The position numbers were made by a program, and so were the translations under genes. A stretch of 64,000 bases of DNA, from NCBI GenBank assembly GCA_963843275.1, contig CAWJJM010000004.1:502237-566236 (forward strand). Direction: 5' to 3'. Shown one piece after another: positions 9,709-19,332 of the stretch. This DNA comes from an uncultured Acidobacteriota bacterium. Lineage in GTDB: Bacteria > Acidobacteriota > Thermoanaerobaculia > Multivoradales > JBCCEF01. The first letter of the stretch is position 1, and each line of letters opens with the position of its first letter. Under the pieces are notes generated by a model, which saw only the letters and a list, made by a program, of their open reading frames with translations, was not told the origin of the DNA and did not search any database.

Positions 9709-10791
9709 ATGCCCGACGCACCGCCGGCCCTGCCGCTCCGCGAGCCGCCGCGGGGGAGCTGTGGGGGCCCGGGGCCCTCGAGCGCTCGGGGCTCGGGATG
9801 CTGCGCGCTTTCCTCGACCGCGAGCTGCCCGACCCGCCGATCTCCCGGCTCACCGGGCTCCGCCTGTCCGAGGTGGGCCTGGCGATGGCCGCCGCCGCGA
9901 TGCCGGCGAGCGGCTGGTGGCAGTCGGGGGCCGGGGTGTTCCTCGCCGGGACGATCGCCTTCGTCGCCGACCTGCCGCTGAGCTGCGCGGTGCTGACCAG
10001 CGCGCCGCCGGGGACCGTGGTCACCTCGTCGCACCTGTCGGTGAGCTTCCTGCGCCCGGCGACGCTGCGGAGCGACCGGTTCATCGGCCGCGGCCGGCTC
10101 ATCCACGGCACCCGCTCGCTGGGACTCGCCGAGGCCATCGTCGAGGACGGCCGCGGCCGCCTGCTCGGCCACGCCACCTCGCGCTGCGTGCTGATGCCGC
10201 TCGGCTCGCGGGTGCCGGAGCCCCTCCCGGCGGCCCCGGCCGCCGCGGCGGAGCTACCGGACCCCCACCTGCGGGAGGTCGAGGGCGACGTCGAAGGACA
10301 GGAGTTCTGGGACGCCACCCCCGGTCACGAGGTCGTCCGGCGGGTCGCCGCGGGCACCTTCCGGCCGCCGGTGTCGCTGCTCTTCGACTGGCGGGGAGTC
10401 GCGTCCGCCGAGGGGGAGATGACCATGGCGATGCCGCCCTCCCCCTGGGTGTGCAACGCCTTCGGGATCGTCTACGGAGGCGCCCTGGCGGCTTTCGCCG
10501 ACATCGCGATGACCCTGGCGGTCGGCAGCACGGTGCCGGCGGCCCACCGCCTACAGCCCGCTCGATCTCACCGTCCACTTCCTGCGCCCGGTGCCGGCGG
10601 GGGACGCGCCGCTCGAGGCCCGCGCCCGCGTCACCCACCGTGGCCGGACCATCGCGGTGACCACCTGCGACGTCGTCGACGCGACCGGCAAGCTCGTCGC
10701 CGAGGCCTCCGGCTCCACCCTGATCCTCCCGGGGCGCCCCTGGCAGCACCCCGTCCACGTGGCCGAGGAGATGGGGGCGGCGGAGGACTGA
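9709..10791 (+). CDS. Double hot-dog PaaI-like thioesterase; frameshifts at ~9755 (G run) and ~10549
   Basis: Two hot-dog units: TIAFVADLPLSCAV..LSVSFLRP..GRLIHGTRSLGLAEA; NAFGIVYGGALAAFAD..DLTVHFLRPV..ARVTHRGRTIAVTTCDV. Confidence 0.85.
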
Positions 10792-10909
10792 GGGGGCGCG
10801 GCAGGCGATGTCGGGCTCCGCGGCATGGCCCGGTGGCGGAGGCGGGCGGGATCGCCTGGTCCGCCGGGTCCGCGCACGCGGGAGGCCCGGGCGCGCGGCC
10901 ACGGCGCGC

Positions 10910-11050
10910 TCAATCGCGGCCGTAGTGGAGGTCCGCGTCGACGTCGTGGGCGGTGAGTCCGAAGCCGCCGGGCGTGGGGCGCGTCACCCGGGCTCCGAGG
11001 GCGCGGAGCAGGCGCCGGGCGAGACGCGCCAGGTGCCGCAGGGCCGTCAT
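10910..11050 (-). CDS. 46-aa small protein, translationally coupled to the upstream hydrolase
   Basis: ATGA overlap with the hydrolase stop; MTALRHLARLARRLLRALGARVTRPTPGGFGLTAHDVDADLHYGRD. Confidence 0.45.
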   Translation of the reverse strand: MTALRHLARLARRLLRALGARVTRPTPGGFGLTAHDVDADLHYGRD

Positions 11051-11946
11051 CGTCCCACCCCCGCGGACGCCGCCGGCAGGGCGGGCGCGGTCGCGAAGTC
11101 CACGACCTCGGCGACGACCTCCGGGTCGTCCAGCAGCGCGTAGTGGCCGAGGCCCCGGGTGCGTCGCAGGCGCGCGTCCGGGAGGCTGCGGGCCAGGGCC
11201 GCCGCCTCGGCGGCCGGGATCATCCGGTCGTCCCGGTCGTGGATCACGAGCACCTCGGCCGCGATCCGGGGCGCCAGGGCGGCGCCCTCGATCTGCTCCC
11301 AGGCGAAGCCGATCCGCCGGGACAGCAGGCCGGCCATCCGCTCGACCACCCCGGGGCTGAAGCCGGTCATCTGCGCGTAGCGCTGCCGCAGGCCGGCCAT
11401 GTCGGTGGCCGGCGCCAGGGTCGCCAGACGTTCCGGACGGATGCCGTGACGGTCGATCGCCACCAGCGACGCCGCGGTGCCGAAGGAGTGGGCAACGACG
11501 GCGGTGGCGCCGACCTCGCGCACCGCGGCCGCGACCACTTCGGCGAGCTCGAGGAGGTTCGTCGAGCGGCCGGCCGAGCGGCCGTGGGCCGGCAGGTCGA
11601 GGGCCACGGCCCGCCAGCCCCGTTGGGCGAGGCCGCGGCCGACCGCGGCGAGCTGCAGGCCGTTGCCGCCCCAGCCGTGGACGAGCAGGGCCGTCGGCCC
11701 CGCCTCGCCCCACTGCCACGCCGCCAGGCTCCGCCCGGCGGCGTCGAGGCGGATCGAACGCGCCCCGGCGGCGAGGTGCGTGCCGGCGGCCGGACCGGTG
11801 CGGAGGGGGCGGACGAACAGGCGCACCGCGAGGCGGGCCGCCAGCGGCGGAGCCAGCCGGCTCAGGACGGCGAGCGCGCGATGGATCGAGCCATGAAGCG
11901 CACGACCGATCGTGCTTTTTACTCGAGAAGCTCGTGGCTTGGACAT
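11047..11946 (-). CDS. Alpha/beta-fold hydrolase
   Basis: AGGAG RBS; LLVHGWGG, VVAHSFG nucleophile elbow, VIHDRDD, GLGH catalytic His. Confidence 0.9.
   Translation of the reverse strand: MSKPRASRVKSTIGRALHGSIHRALAVLSRLAPPLAARLAVRLFVRPLRTGPAAGTHLAAGARSIRLDAAGRSLAAWQWGEAGPTALLVHGWGGNGLQLAAVGRGLAQRGWRAVALDLPAHGRSAGRSTNLLELAEVVAAAVREVGATAVVAHSFGTAASLVAIDRHGIRPERLATLAPATDMAGLRQRYAQMTGFSPGVVERMAGLLSRRIGFAWEQIEGAALAPRIAAEVLVIHDRDDRMIPAAEAAALARSLPDARLRRTRGLGHYALLDDPEVVAEVVDFATAPALPAASAGVGR
11900..11915. promoter_or_regulatory. Putative TetR operator inside the hydrolase CDS (codons ~11-16)
   Basis: GCACGA-CCGA-TCGTGC inverted repeat; 13 of its first 14 nt match the palindrome in the tetR promoter. 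Confidence 0.7.
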
Positions 11947-11967
11947 GGAGGTCTCCTCTCCGTGGGT

Positions 11968-12564
11968 TCAGTGGACGGGGCGGGCGCGCTCGAGCAGGCG
12001 CTCGAACGCGGCGCGGGCACGGTCGGCGGCGGCGGCGTCGCCGAGGAGCCGCAGGTAGAAGTGGAAGGCGAGGAAGGTGCCGTACATCTCGTAGGCGAGC
12101 TGGTCGCAGTCGAGGTCGGCGCGGAAGTGGCCCTCCTCGACCCCGAGCCGGGCGGCGCGCGACAGCAGCCCGATCAGCTCGCGGAGCACGCCGGCGACGG
12201 CGTCGCGCACCGGACCCGGCCGGTCGTCGTACTCGGCGGCCGCGCCGACGAAGGGACAGCCGCCGGTCGTCGAGCTCCCGGCCTCCCAGGCGAGCCATCG
12301 CCGCACCAGCTCCCGCAGGCGCGGCTCGCCGCGCGGCAGGCGCAGCGCCGGCAGGAAGACGTCCGCGACGAAGGTCTCCCGCGCCGTCTCGAGGATCTGC
12401 AGCTGCAGGTCCTCCTTCGAGGCGAAGTGCGCGAACAGGCCGCTCTTCGACATCTCCGTCTCGGCGGCGAGCTGGCCGAGCGACAGGCCCTCGAGGCCGA
12501 CCGTGCTGGCCAGCTCCATGGCGCGCTGCAGGATGCGCTGCCGGGTCTCCTCGCCCTTCGACAT
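11968..12564 (-). CDS. TetR/AcrR family transcriptional regulator
   Basis: MSKGEETRQRIL...GLEGLSLGQLAAETEMSKSGLFAHFASKEDL HTH; GGCPF C-domain. Confidence 0.95.
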   Translation of the reverse strand: MSKGEETRQRILQRAMELASTVGLEGLSLGQLAAETEMSKSGLFAHFASKEDLQLQILETARETFVADVFLPALRLPRGEPRLRELVRRWLAWEAGSSTTGGCPFVGAAAEYDDRPGPVRDAVAGVLRELIGLLSRAARLGVEEGHFRADLDCDQLAYEMYGTFLAFHFYLRLLGDAAAADRARAAFERLLERARPVH

Positions 12565-12571
12565 GCGGAGG

Positions 12572-12600
12572 AAAATAGCACGACCGGTCGTTTCCGTCAA
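12572..12600 (-). promoter_or_regulatory. Sigma70-type leaderless promoter of tetR with operator in the spacer
   Basis: TTGACG-17 nt-TATTTT, 7 nt before ATG; spacer holds perfect palindrome ACGACCGGTCGT (12580-12591). Confidence 0.8.
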
Positions 12601-12635
12601 GCGGCCGGGCCCGGCGCGGTGCCGCGGCCGCGGGC

Positions 12636-13724
12636 TCAGCGGCCGGGAACGCCGCCGAGCAGGTGGAGGGCCGCGGTCTTGATCACCGCGACCGCCGGGT
12701 CCCCGGGCGCCAGGCCGAGCTCCGCCGCCGCCGCCGGGGTGATGCGCGCGCGCAGCGCGGTGTCGGCGACGTCCAGGGTCACCAGGACCTCGTGGCCGAG
12801 GGCGTCGACCGCCCGGACGGTGCAGGGCAGCGCGTTGCGCGCCGAGAGGCCCGCGGGCGCGTGGTGGCAGAGCAGGATCTCGTCGGCGAAGACGCCGACG
12901 TCGAGCAGCGTGCCGGTTGCGGCGCCGCAGTAGGGGGCGGCCAGGGCCAGCCCGGCACCCAGGCCGAGCAGGGTGACGCCCCCCGCCTCGTCGTCGCCCA
13001 CCACCGCCAGGCGCAGCAGGTTGTCGACCCCCACCAGGCTGGCGACGCCGAGGGCGCGCGGACGCTGCAGCACCTCCACCGGGGGCCCCTGGGCGACGAC
13101 CCTGCCGCCGTCGAGCACGGCGCAGTCGTCCGCCAGGGCGAGCAGCTCGGGGGCGCGGTGGGTGACGAAGACCATCGGCACCGCGAGCTCGCGCTTGACC
13201 CCGAGCAGCAGCGCCAGGACGTCGCGGGAGAGCTCCGCGTCCAGCGCGCTCGTCGGCTCGTCGAGCAGCAGCAGGCGCGGGTCGGCGAGCAGGGCGCGTC
13301 CCAGGGCGACCCGCTGCCGCTCGCCGCCGGAGAGGTCGGCGGTGCCGCGCTCGAGCAGCGGCGCCAGGCGCAGGACGTCGACCACCCGCCGGCCTTCCGG
13401 ACCGGCGAGACGCGCCGCGGCACCGGGCGCGAACGCCAGGTTGGCGCGGACCCCGAGATGGGGGAAGAGCAGCGGATCCTGCGGCACCAGGGCGAGACCG
13501 CGCCGCTCCGGGGGCGTCCAGGCGCCGCCGGGCAGGGCGCACAGCTCGCGCCCGCGCACCACCACCCGCCCCCGCTGCGGCCGCAGGAGCCCGCCGATGG
13601 CGTGGAGCAGCGTCGTCTTGCCGCTGCCGGAGGCGCCGAAGACGCCGAGGACCGGACCGGGGCTCGCCAGCTCGACGTCGAGGGTGAAGCCGCGGAAACG
13701 GTGCTCGAGCCGGACGGCGAGCAT
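12636..13724 (-). CDS. modC: Molybdate ABC transporter ATP-binding protein with TOBE domains
   Basis: GASGSGKT Walker A, LSGGERQ signature, LLLDEP, C-terminal TOBE; stop/start overlap with modB. Confidence 0.92.
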   Translation of the reverse strand: MLAVRLEHRFRGFTLDVELASPGPVLGVFGASGSGKTTLLHAIGGLLRPQRGRVVVRGRELCALPGGAWTPPERRGLALVPQDPLLFPHLGVRANLAFAPGAAARLAGPEGRRVVDVLRLAPLLERGTADLSGGERQRVALGRALLADPRLLLLDEPTSALDAELSRDVLALLLGVKRELAVPMVFVTHRAPELLALADDCAVLDGGRVVAQGPPVEVLQRPRALGVASLVGVDNLLRLAVVGDDEAGGVTLLGLGAGLALAAPYCGAATGTLLDVGVFADEILLCHHAPAGLSARNALPCTVRAVDALGHEVLVTLDVADTALRARITPAAAAELGLAPGDPAVAVIKTAALHLLGGVPGR

Positions 13725-14401
13725 CAGGCGCTCCGCCGCCGGGCGGCGAGCCGGAAGGAGGCGAGCAGCGCGGCGAGCGCGAGCACCACGCTCACCACCA
13801 CCAGCCGCGTCGCGGCCGCCTCGCCGCCGCGGACGTTGAGGAGCGTGTAGACCGCCACCGGGACGGTGCGCGTCTCCCCCGCGATGTTGCCGGCCAGCAC
13901 GATGGTGGCGCCGAACTCGCCGAGCGCGCGGGCGAACGACAGCACGGCGCCGGCGCTCACCCCGGGCAGCGCCAACGGCAGGGTGACGCGGAGGAAGGTC
14001 GCCAGGGGTCCCCGGCCGAGGCTGCGGGAGACCTGCTCGAGCCGCCGGTCGGTGGCGGCGATCGACAGCCGGACGGCCTCCACCAGCAGCGGGAAGCCCA
14101 CCACGGCGGCGGCGATCACGCAGGCGGTGGTGGTGTAGGCGATCTGCCCCCCGGTCAGCGCGTGCCAGGCACGCCCCAGCGGCCGGCCGCGCCCCAGGGC
14201 GTCGAGCAGCAGGTAGCCGGTGACCACCGGCGGCAGCACCAGCGGCAGCATCACGAGCCCCTGGACCAGCGGCCGCAGCGGGTGGCGCCAGCGGGCGAGC
14301 AGCCAGCCGAGCAGGATCCCGGGCACCAGGCTCGCCCCCACCGCCAGCGCGGCGACGCGCAGCGAGAGCAGGACGACCTCGAGCTCGGGCCCGCTCGGCA
14401 C
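13724..14401 (-). CDS. modB: Molybdate ABC transporter permease
   Basis: LPLVLPPVVTGYLL; FARALGEFGATIVLAGNIAGETRT. Confidence 0.95.
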   Translation of the reverse strand: MPSGPELEVVLLSLRVAALAVGASLVPGILLGWLLARWRHPLRPLVQGLVMLPLVLPPVVTGYLLLDALGRGRPLGRAWHALTGGQIAYTTTACVIAAAVVGFPLLVEAVRLSIAATDRRLEQVSRSLGRGPLATFLRVTLPLALPGVSAGAVLSFARALGEFGATIVLAGNIAGETRTVPVAVYTLLNVRGGEAAATRLVVVSVVLALAALLASFRLAARRRSA

Positions 14402-14404
14402 GGC

Positions 14405-15241
14405 TCAGGGCACCGCGAAGCCGGCGCGCTCGAGCACCGCCCGCGCCGGCCCGCTCCGCAGGTCGTCGAGGAACCGCCGCGCCGCGACGGGGTGCGGCGC
14501 GGCGCGCAGCACGGCCGCCTGGATCTCGATCGGCGGATGGGTGGCGGGGTCGAAGGCGAACAGCACCTCGACGTCGGCGACGGTCGCGTCGGTGGCGTAG
14601 ACGAAGCCGGCGTCGAGCGCCCGCCGTTCCACCGCGTGGAGGACGGCGCGGACGTCCTCCTGGCCGACCAGGTGGGGGGTGAAGGCCGCGAGAAGCCCCA
14701 GACGTTCCAGGGCGGCGCGGGCGTACTCCCCGGCGGGAACGCCCGGGTCGGCAACGGCGACGCGGCCGTCCGGACCGAGGGCGGCGAGCAGCGCCGCGGG
14801 GCCGCTCACTCCGCGCGCCGCCAGCGGGCTCCGGGGCGGCGCCACGGCGACCAGCCGGTTGTGCGCCACGACGACCGGCGCGCCGTCGAGAGCGCCGGAC
14901 CGGCGCAGGAAGTCGATCCAGTCCGGACTGGCGGAGAGGAAGACGTCGGCCGGCGCGCCGTCGCGGATCTGCCGCGCCAGCACGCTCGAGGCGCCGAAGC
15001 TGGGCTCGACCCGCGCGCCGGCGAACCCTCGGCCCAGCTCCTGCACCACCTCGGTCAGGCTCGCCGCGGCGAAGACCCGGAGCGGCTCCGGCCCGACCCG
15101 CCGGCCGCAGGCGCCCGCCCCGGCGGACGCGGCGGCGACCAGCAGCAGGACCGCCGGGATACCGCGGCCGCGCTCGCGGTCCGGGCCCCGGCGGCCGGGT
15201 CCGCGAGCCCGCAGGTCCCGCCACCGCCCGCCCGCTTCCAT
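14405..15241 (-). CDS. modA: Molybdate ABC transporter substrate-binding protein (start uncertain)
   Basis: VFAAASL, SFGASSVLARQI..GAPADVFLSA, DPGVPAGEYA, GFVYATDA. Confidence 0.92.
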   Translation of the reverse strand: MEAGGRWRDLRARGPGRRGPDRERGRGIPAVLLLVAAASAGAGACGRRVGPEPLRVFAAASLTEVVQELGRGFAGARVEPSFGASSVLARQIRDGAPADVFLSASPDWIDFLRRSGALDGAPVVVAHNRLVAVAPPRSPLAARGVSGPAALLAALGPDGRVAVADPGVPAGEYARAALERLGLLAAFTPHLVGQEDVRAVLHAVERRALDAGFVYATDATVADVEVLFAFDPATHPPIEIQAAVLRAAPHPVAARRFLDDLRSGPARAVLERAGFAVP

Positions 15242-15363
15242 GGTGCCGGCGACGCTAGCACGTCGGGCGCGGGGCGCCCACGAGCGGCCCCGGGAGCCGG
15301 GCGCTGCACCGCTGCCGGACCCCCCGGGCCGCGGCCCGTCGCCGGGAGGGCGGGATCAGGCGG

Positions 15364-16266
15364 TCACGGGCGGATGAACGTGCCGCTGCGCAGCTCGTCG
15401 TAGGCGCGCTGGAGCTCGGCCTCGGTGTTCATCACGATCGGGCCGTACCAGGCCACCGGCTCCTCGATCGGCCGGCCGGAGACGAGCAGGAAACGGATCC
15501 CCTCCTCGCCGGCCCGGACCACGATCTCGTCGCCGCGGTCGAACAGCACCAGCGAGCGGTTGCCGGACTCGCGGTCGCCCGCCGGGTCGACGGCGCCGGT
15601 GATCTCGTTGGCCACTCCGCGCGGCCGCGAGGCGTCGCGGAAGGTGCCGGAGCCGGCGAAGACGTAGGCGAAGGCGTGGTGGGCGCGGTCGACCGGCAGC
15701 CGCCGGCGGACTCCCGGCGGCACCGAGACGTCGAGGTAGCGCGGCGCCGCGGCGACGCCGTCCACCGGGCCCCGCTGGCCCCAGAAGTCGCCGCACACCA
15801 CGCGCACCCGGGTGCCGTCGTCCTCGGTGACCTCGGGGATGTCCCGCGACTCGATGTCCTGGTAGCGCGGCTCGGTCATCTTCAGCGCGGCGGGCAGGTT
15901 CGACCAGAGCTGGAAGCCGTGCATGCGGCCGTCCGGGTCGCCCTGCGGCATCTCCTGGTGCAGGATGCCCCGGCCCGCGGTCATCCACTGCACGTCGCCG
16001 GCGCCCATCCGCCCCCGGTTGCCCAGGCTGTCGCCGTGCTCCACCGAGCCGGCGAGCACGTAGGTGATGGTCTCGATGCCGCGGTGGGGGTGCCAGGGGA
16101 AGCCGGCCAGGTAGTCGGCCGGGTTCTCGTTGCGGAAGTCGTCGAACAGCAGGAAGGGGTCGGTCTCGCCGGTGTCGCCGAAGCCGAAGGCACGGCGCAG
16201 CTTGACGCCGGCCCCCTCCAGGGTCGGTCGGGCCTCGACGATCCGTCGCACGTCGCGGATGGACAC
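15364..16266 (-). CDS. Pirin family protein
   Basis: [51 protein letters not shown]; AAAGGAG RBS before GTG 16266. Confidence 0.95.
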   Translation of the reverse strand: MSIRDVRRIVEARPTLEGAGVKLRRAFGFGDTGETDPFLLFDDFRNENPADYLAGFPWHPHRGIETITYVLAGSVEHGDSLGNRGRMGAGDVQWMTAGRGILHQEMPQGDPDGRMHGFQLWSNLPAALKMTEPRYQDIESRDIPEVTEDDGTRVRVVCGDFWGQRGPVDGVAAAPRYLDVSVPPGVRRRLPVDRAHHAFAYVFAGSGTFRDASRPRGVANEITGAVDPAGDRESGNRSLVLFDRGDEIVVRAGEEGIRFLLVSGRPIEEPVAWYGPIVMNTEAELQRAYDELRSGTFIRP

Positions 16267-16533
16267 GCTCGCTCTCCTTTCCGATCGGGGCGGTCTGCCC
16301 AAGCAGGACGGCCCCTTCCGGTCAACGGCGCCGCCCGCCCCCCCATTCCGCCCCCCACCGGCGACGGCCCGGCAGCGCCCGGGACCGAGGCCGGCGGTCC
16401 ACCCCCCGCCCCCCGACGGAGGAACCCTCGGTCCCTCCGTCCGTATCAGACTCGAACCTGGCTTCTCCGGCGCCGCGCGCCGTGCCGCAGGGCCGCCGGT
16501 CCGCCGCCACCTCGACGAGCGAGGAGCGCCGCC

Positions 16534-17001
16534 ATGCCGAGCTTCCCCCTCACCGTCAACGGCCGTCGCCACCGTCTGGAGGCGGACTCCGGGATGCCCC
16601 TGCTCTGGGCCCTGCGCGACCGCCTGGGGCTGACCGGCACCAAGTACGGCTGCGGCGTGGGCCTGTGCGGCGCCTGCACGGTGCTCGACGGCGGTGCCGC
16701 CGTCCGCTCCTGCCAGGTCACCCTGGCCGAGGCGGCAGGGAGGTCGTACACCACGATCGAGGGGCTCTCCACGGCCGGCGACCACCCCTGCCAGCGCGCC
16801 TGGATCGCGGAGGACGTCGCCCAGTGCGGCTACTGCCAGCCGGGCATGATCCTCGAGGCGGTGGCGCTGCTCGCCCGCCACCCGGCGCCGAGCGACGCCC
16901 AGATCGACGGCGCCTTCGCCGACCACGTCTGCCGCTGCGGCACCTACACGCGGCTGCGCGCCGCCGTCCACCGCGCCGCCCGGGCGGGAGGCGGCCGATG
17001 A
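16534..17001 (+). CDS. (2Fe-2S)-binding small subunit, IorA/CoxS-like
   Basis: [30 protein letters not shown]. Confidence 0.95.
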   Translation: MPSFPLTVNGRRHRLEADSGMPLLWALRDRLGLTGTKYGCGVGLCGACTVLDGGAAVRSCQVTLAEAAGRSYTTIEGLSTAGDHPCQRAWIAEDVAQCGYCQPGMILEAVALLARHPAPSDAQIDGAFADHVCRCGTYTRLRAAVHRAARAGGGR

Positions 17002-19226
17002 GGGCCACCCGCCGCGACTTCCTCCGCCTCGGCGCGACGGCGGCCGGGCTGACCCTGACCTGCGACCTCGGGGATCTGCTCGCCGCGGAGGCGCCGCCGG
17101 CGGCCTTCTCCCCCAACGCCTACCTCGAGGTGGCGACGGACGGCACGGTGACCCTCTGGGTGACGCGGCTCGAGATGGGTCAGGGGGTGCGGACGCTGCT
17201 GCCGATGATCCTCGCCGAGGAGCTCGACGCCGACTGGGCGCGGGTGCGGATCGAGCAGGCCTCGACCGGCGGCCGCTACGCCGACGTCCGCCTCCACACC
17301 AGCGGCAGCGGCAGCAGCTCGGCCGCCTACCGGACGCTGCGCGGCGCCGCGGCGGCCGCCCGCTGGATGCTGCTCGGCGCCGCGGCCGCGGCCTGGGAGG
17401 TCGACCCGGCGACCTGCCGCACCGAGCCGGGCGCGGTGCTGCACCCGCCGAGCGGCCGGCGGCGCGGCTACGGCGAGCTGGCGGCCGCCGCCGCCCGCCG
17501 GCCGGTGCCCGACGATCCGCCGCTCAAGGACCCGTCGACCTGGCGCATCCTCGGCCATCCCACCCGGCGCGTCGACGGGCCCGCCATCGTCACCGGCTCC
17601 GCCGGCTACGGCCTCGACGTCCGCGTCCCCGGCATGCTGGTCGCCTCGATCGAGCGGGCGCCGGCGGTGAGCGCCACCCTCGGCGCCTTCGACGGCGCCG
17701 CGGCGTTGCGGGTGCCGGGGGTGCGCCGGGTCCTGCCGGTGGACGTCGGGATCCACCCGGGGGTGGCGGTGGTCGGCGACGACACCTGGGCGGCGCTCCG
17801 CGGGCGGGCGGCCCTGACCGTCGAGTGGAAGCCGGGGCCGGCGGCGGACTTCGACTCGGAGCGCTACCTGGCCGGCCTCCCCGCCGCCTGCGAAGCGGCC
17901 TCCTTCCCGGTGCGGCACGAGGGCGACGCGGCGGCGGCGCTGGCGACCGCGGCGCGGCGCCACGAAGCGACCTACCTCTACCCGTTCCAGGCCCACGCCC
18001 CACTCGAACCGATGAACTGCACCGCCGACGTCCGCGAGAGCGCGGCGGAGATCTGGGCGCCGACCCAGACCGACGTCCGCACCCTCGCCCAGGTCGCCCG
18101 CGTCACGGGTCTCCCGGAGTCGGCGATCACGCTCCACCCGACGCTGATGGGCGGGGGCTTCGGCCGCCGGCTGTTCGCCGACTACGCCGCCGAGGCCGCG
18201 GCGCTGTCGCAGGCGGTGGGCCGCCCGGTGCAGGTGGTGTGGACGCGGCAGGACGACATGCGCTGCGGCTACTTCCAGCCCGCCACCGCCCAACGCTTCA
18301 CCGCCGGCCTCGACGCCGACGGCGCACCGGTCGCGCTCGTGCACCGCACCAGCGCCTCGGACCTGACCATCTACGACCTCCACGAGGGCCGGAACATCTG
18401 GACCGGACCGCCGAAACCGCCCCGCCCGCCCGACGGCTACGCCGAGGACCAGAGCCCCTGGGGCGCCTACGACAACCCCTATCGGCTCCCCCACCTGCGG
18501 GTCGACTGCGCCGACGTCACCAGCCCGGTTCCCACCGGTCCCTGGCGCGCGGTCGAGTACCCCTCGACGGTCTTCGGGCGCGAGTCCTTCCTCGACGAGC
18601 TGGCCCACCTCGCCGGGCGAGACCCGATCGACTACCGCCTGGCCCTGCTCCCGGACGAGGTCGCCACCGTCGGCCCCTTCCCCATCGACCGCGGCCGTCT
18701 CGCCGCCGTCCTCCGGCGCGTCCGCGAGCGTTCCGGGTGGACGACGCCGCTCCCCCGCGCGGGAACGGCGGACCGCCGGCGCGGCCGCGGCGTCGCCGCC
18801 AACGTCTACCACGCCGGCAGCTACCTGGCGATGGTGGCCGAGGTCTCGGTCGCGCCGGACCGCTCGGAGCTGCGCGTCGACCGCATCACCGCGGTGGTCG
18901 ACTGCGGGCGGCCGCTCAACCCCCTCGGCATCGCCGGCCAGACCGAGAGCGGCATCGCCTGGGGTCTCTCCGCGACGCTGCTGGGAAAGGTCGACTTCGT
19001 CGCCGGCACCGCCCGACAGACCAACTACGGCGACTTCGCGGTGCTGCGCCTCGACGCCATGCCCGAGCTCGACGTCGAGATCGTCCCCAGCGAGGCGCGG
19101 CCCGGCGGCTTCGGCGAGCACGCCGTGCCGCCGGTGGCGCCCGCGGTCGCCAACGCCCTGTTCGCCGCCACCGGCGTCCGCCTGCGCCGGCTGCCGCTGA
19201 CGGCCCGGGCGCTGGGCGCCGGCTAG
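16998..19226 (+). CDS. Molybdopterin oxidoreductase large subunit, IorB-like, Tat signal
   Basis: TRRDFLRLG twin-Arg; [39 protein letters not shown]; ATGA overlap with the small subunit. Confidence 0.93.
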   Translation: MRATRRDFLRLGATAAGLTLTCDLGDLLAAEAPPAAFSPNAYLEVATDGTVTLWVTRLEMGQGVRTLLPMILAEELDADWARVRIEQASTGGRYADVRLHTSGSGSSSAAYRTLRGAAAAARWMLLGAAAAAWEVDPATCRTEPGAVLHPPSGRRRGYGELAAAAARRPVPDDPPLKDPSTWRILGHPTRRVDGPAIVTGSAGYGLDVRVPGMLVASIERAPAVSATLGAFDGAAALRVPGVRRVLPVDVGIHPGVAVVGDDTWAALRGRAALTVEWKPGPAADFDSERYLAGLPAACEAASFPVRHEGDAAAALATAARRHEATYLYPFQAHAPLEPMNCTADVRESAAEIWAPTQTDVRTLAQVARVTGLPESAITLHPTLMGGGFGRRLFADYAAEAAALSQAVGRPVQVVWTRQDDMRCGYFQPATAQRFTAGLDADGAPVALVHRTSASDLTIYDLHEGRNIWTGPPKPPRPPDGYAEDQSPWGAYDNPYRLPHLRVDCADVTSPVPTGPWRAVEYPSTVFGRESFLDELAHLAGRDPIDYRLALLPDEVATVGPFPIDRGRLAAVLRRVRERSGWTTPLPRAGTADRRRGRGVAANVYHAGSYLAMVAEVSVAPDRSELRVDRITAVVDCGRPLNPLGIAGQTESGIAWGLSATLLGKVDFVAGTARQTNYGDFAVLRLDAMPELDVEIVPSEARPGGFGEHAVPPVAPAVANALFAATGVRLRRLPLTARALGAG

Positions 19227-19292
19227 AGGCCCCGGGAACTCCTCCTCTCCGACCACGCCGGCCGCCTTCGCACCAGGTCGCGCAGGAAAGGG

Positions 19293-19313
19293 GGTCGCCG
19301 AGGCGCGGCGACC
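19293..19313. terminator. Hairpin between convergent iorB-like gene and regulator
   Basis: GGTCGCCG-aggcg-CGGCGACC 8-bp stem. Confidence 0.35.
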
Positions 19314-19332
19314 GCGCCGCCGCGGCGGCTCC

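Noticed and set aside
16449-16458. tRNA T-loop-like GGTTCGAGTC on the minus strand
   Set aside because: Flanks do not form a T-stem or cloverleaf; lies in the pirin/iorA divergent promoter region
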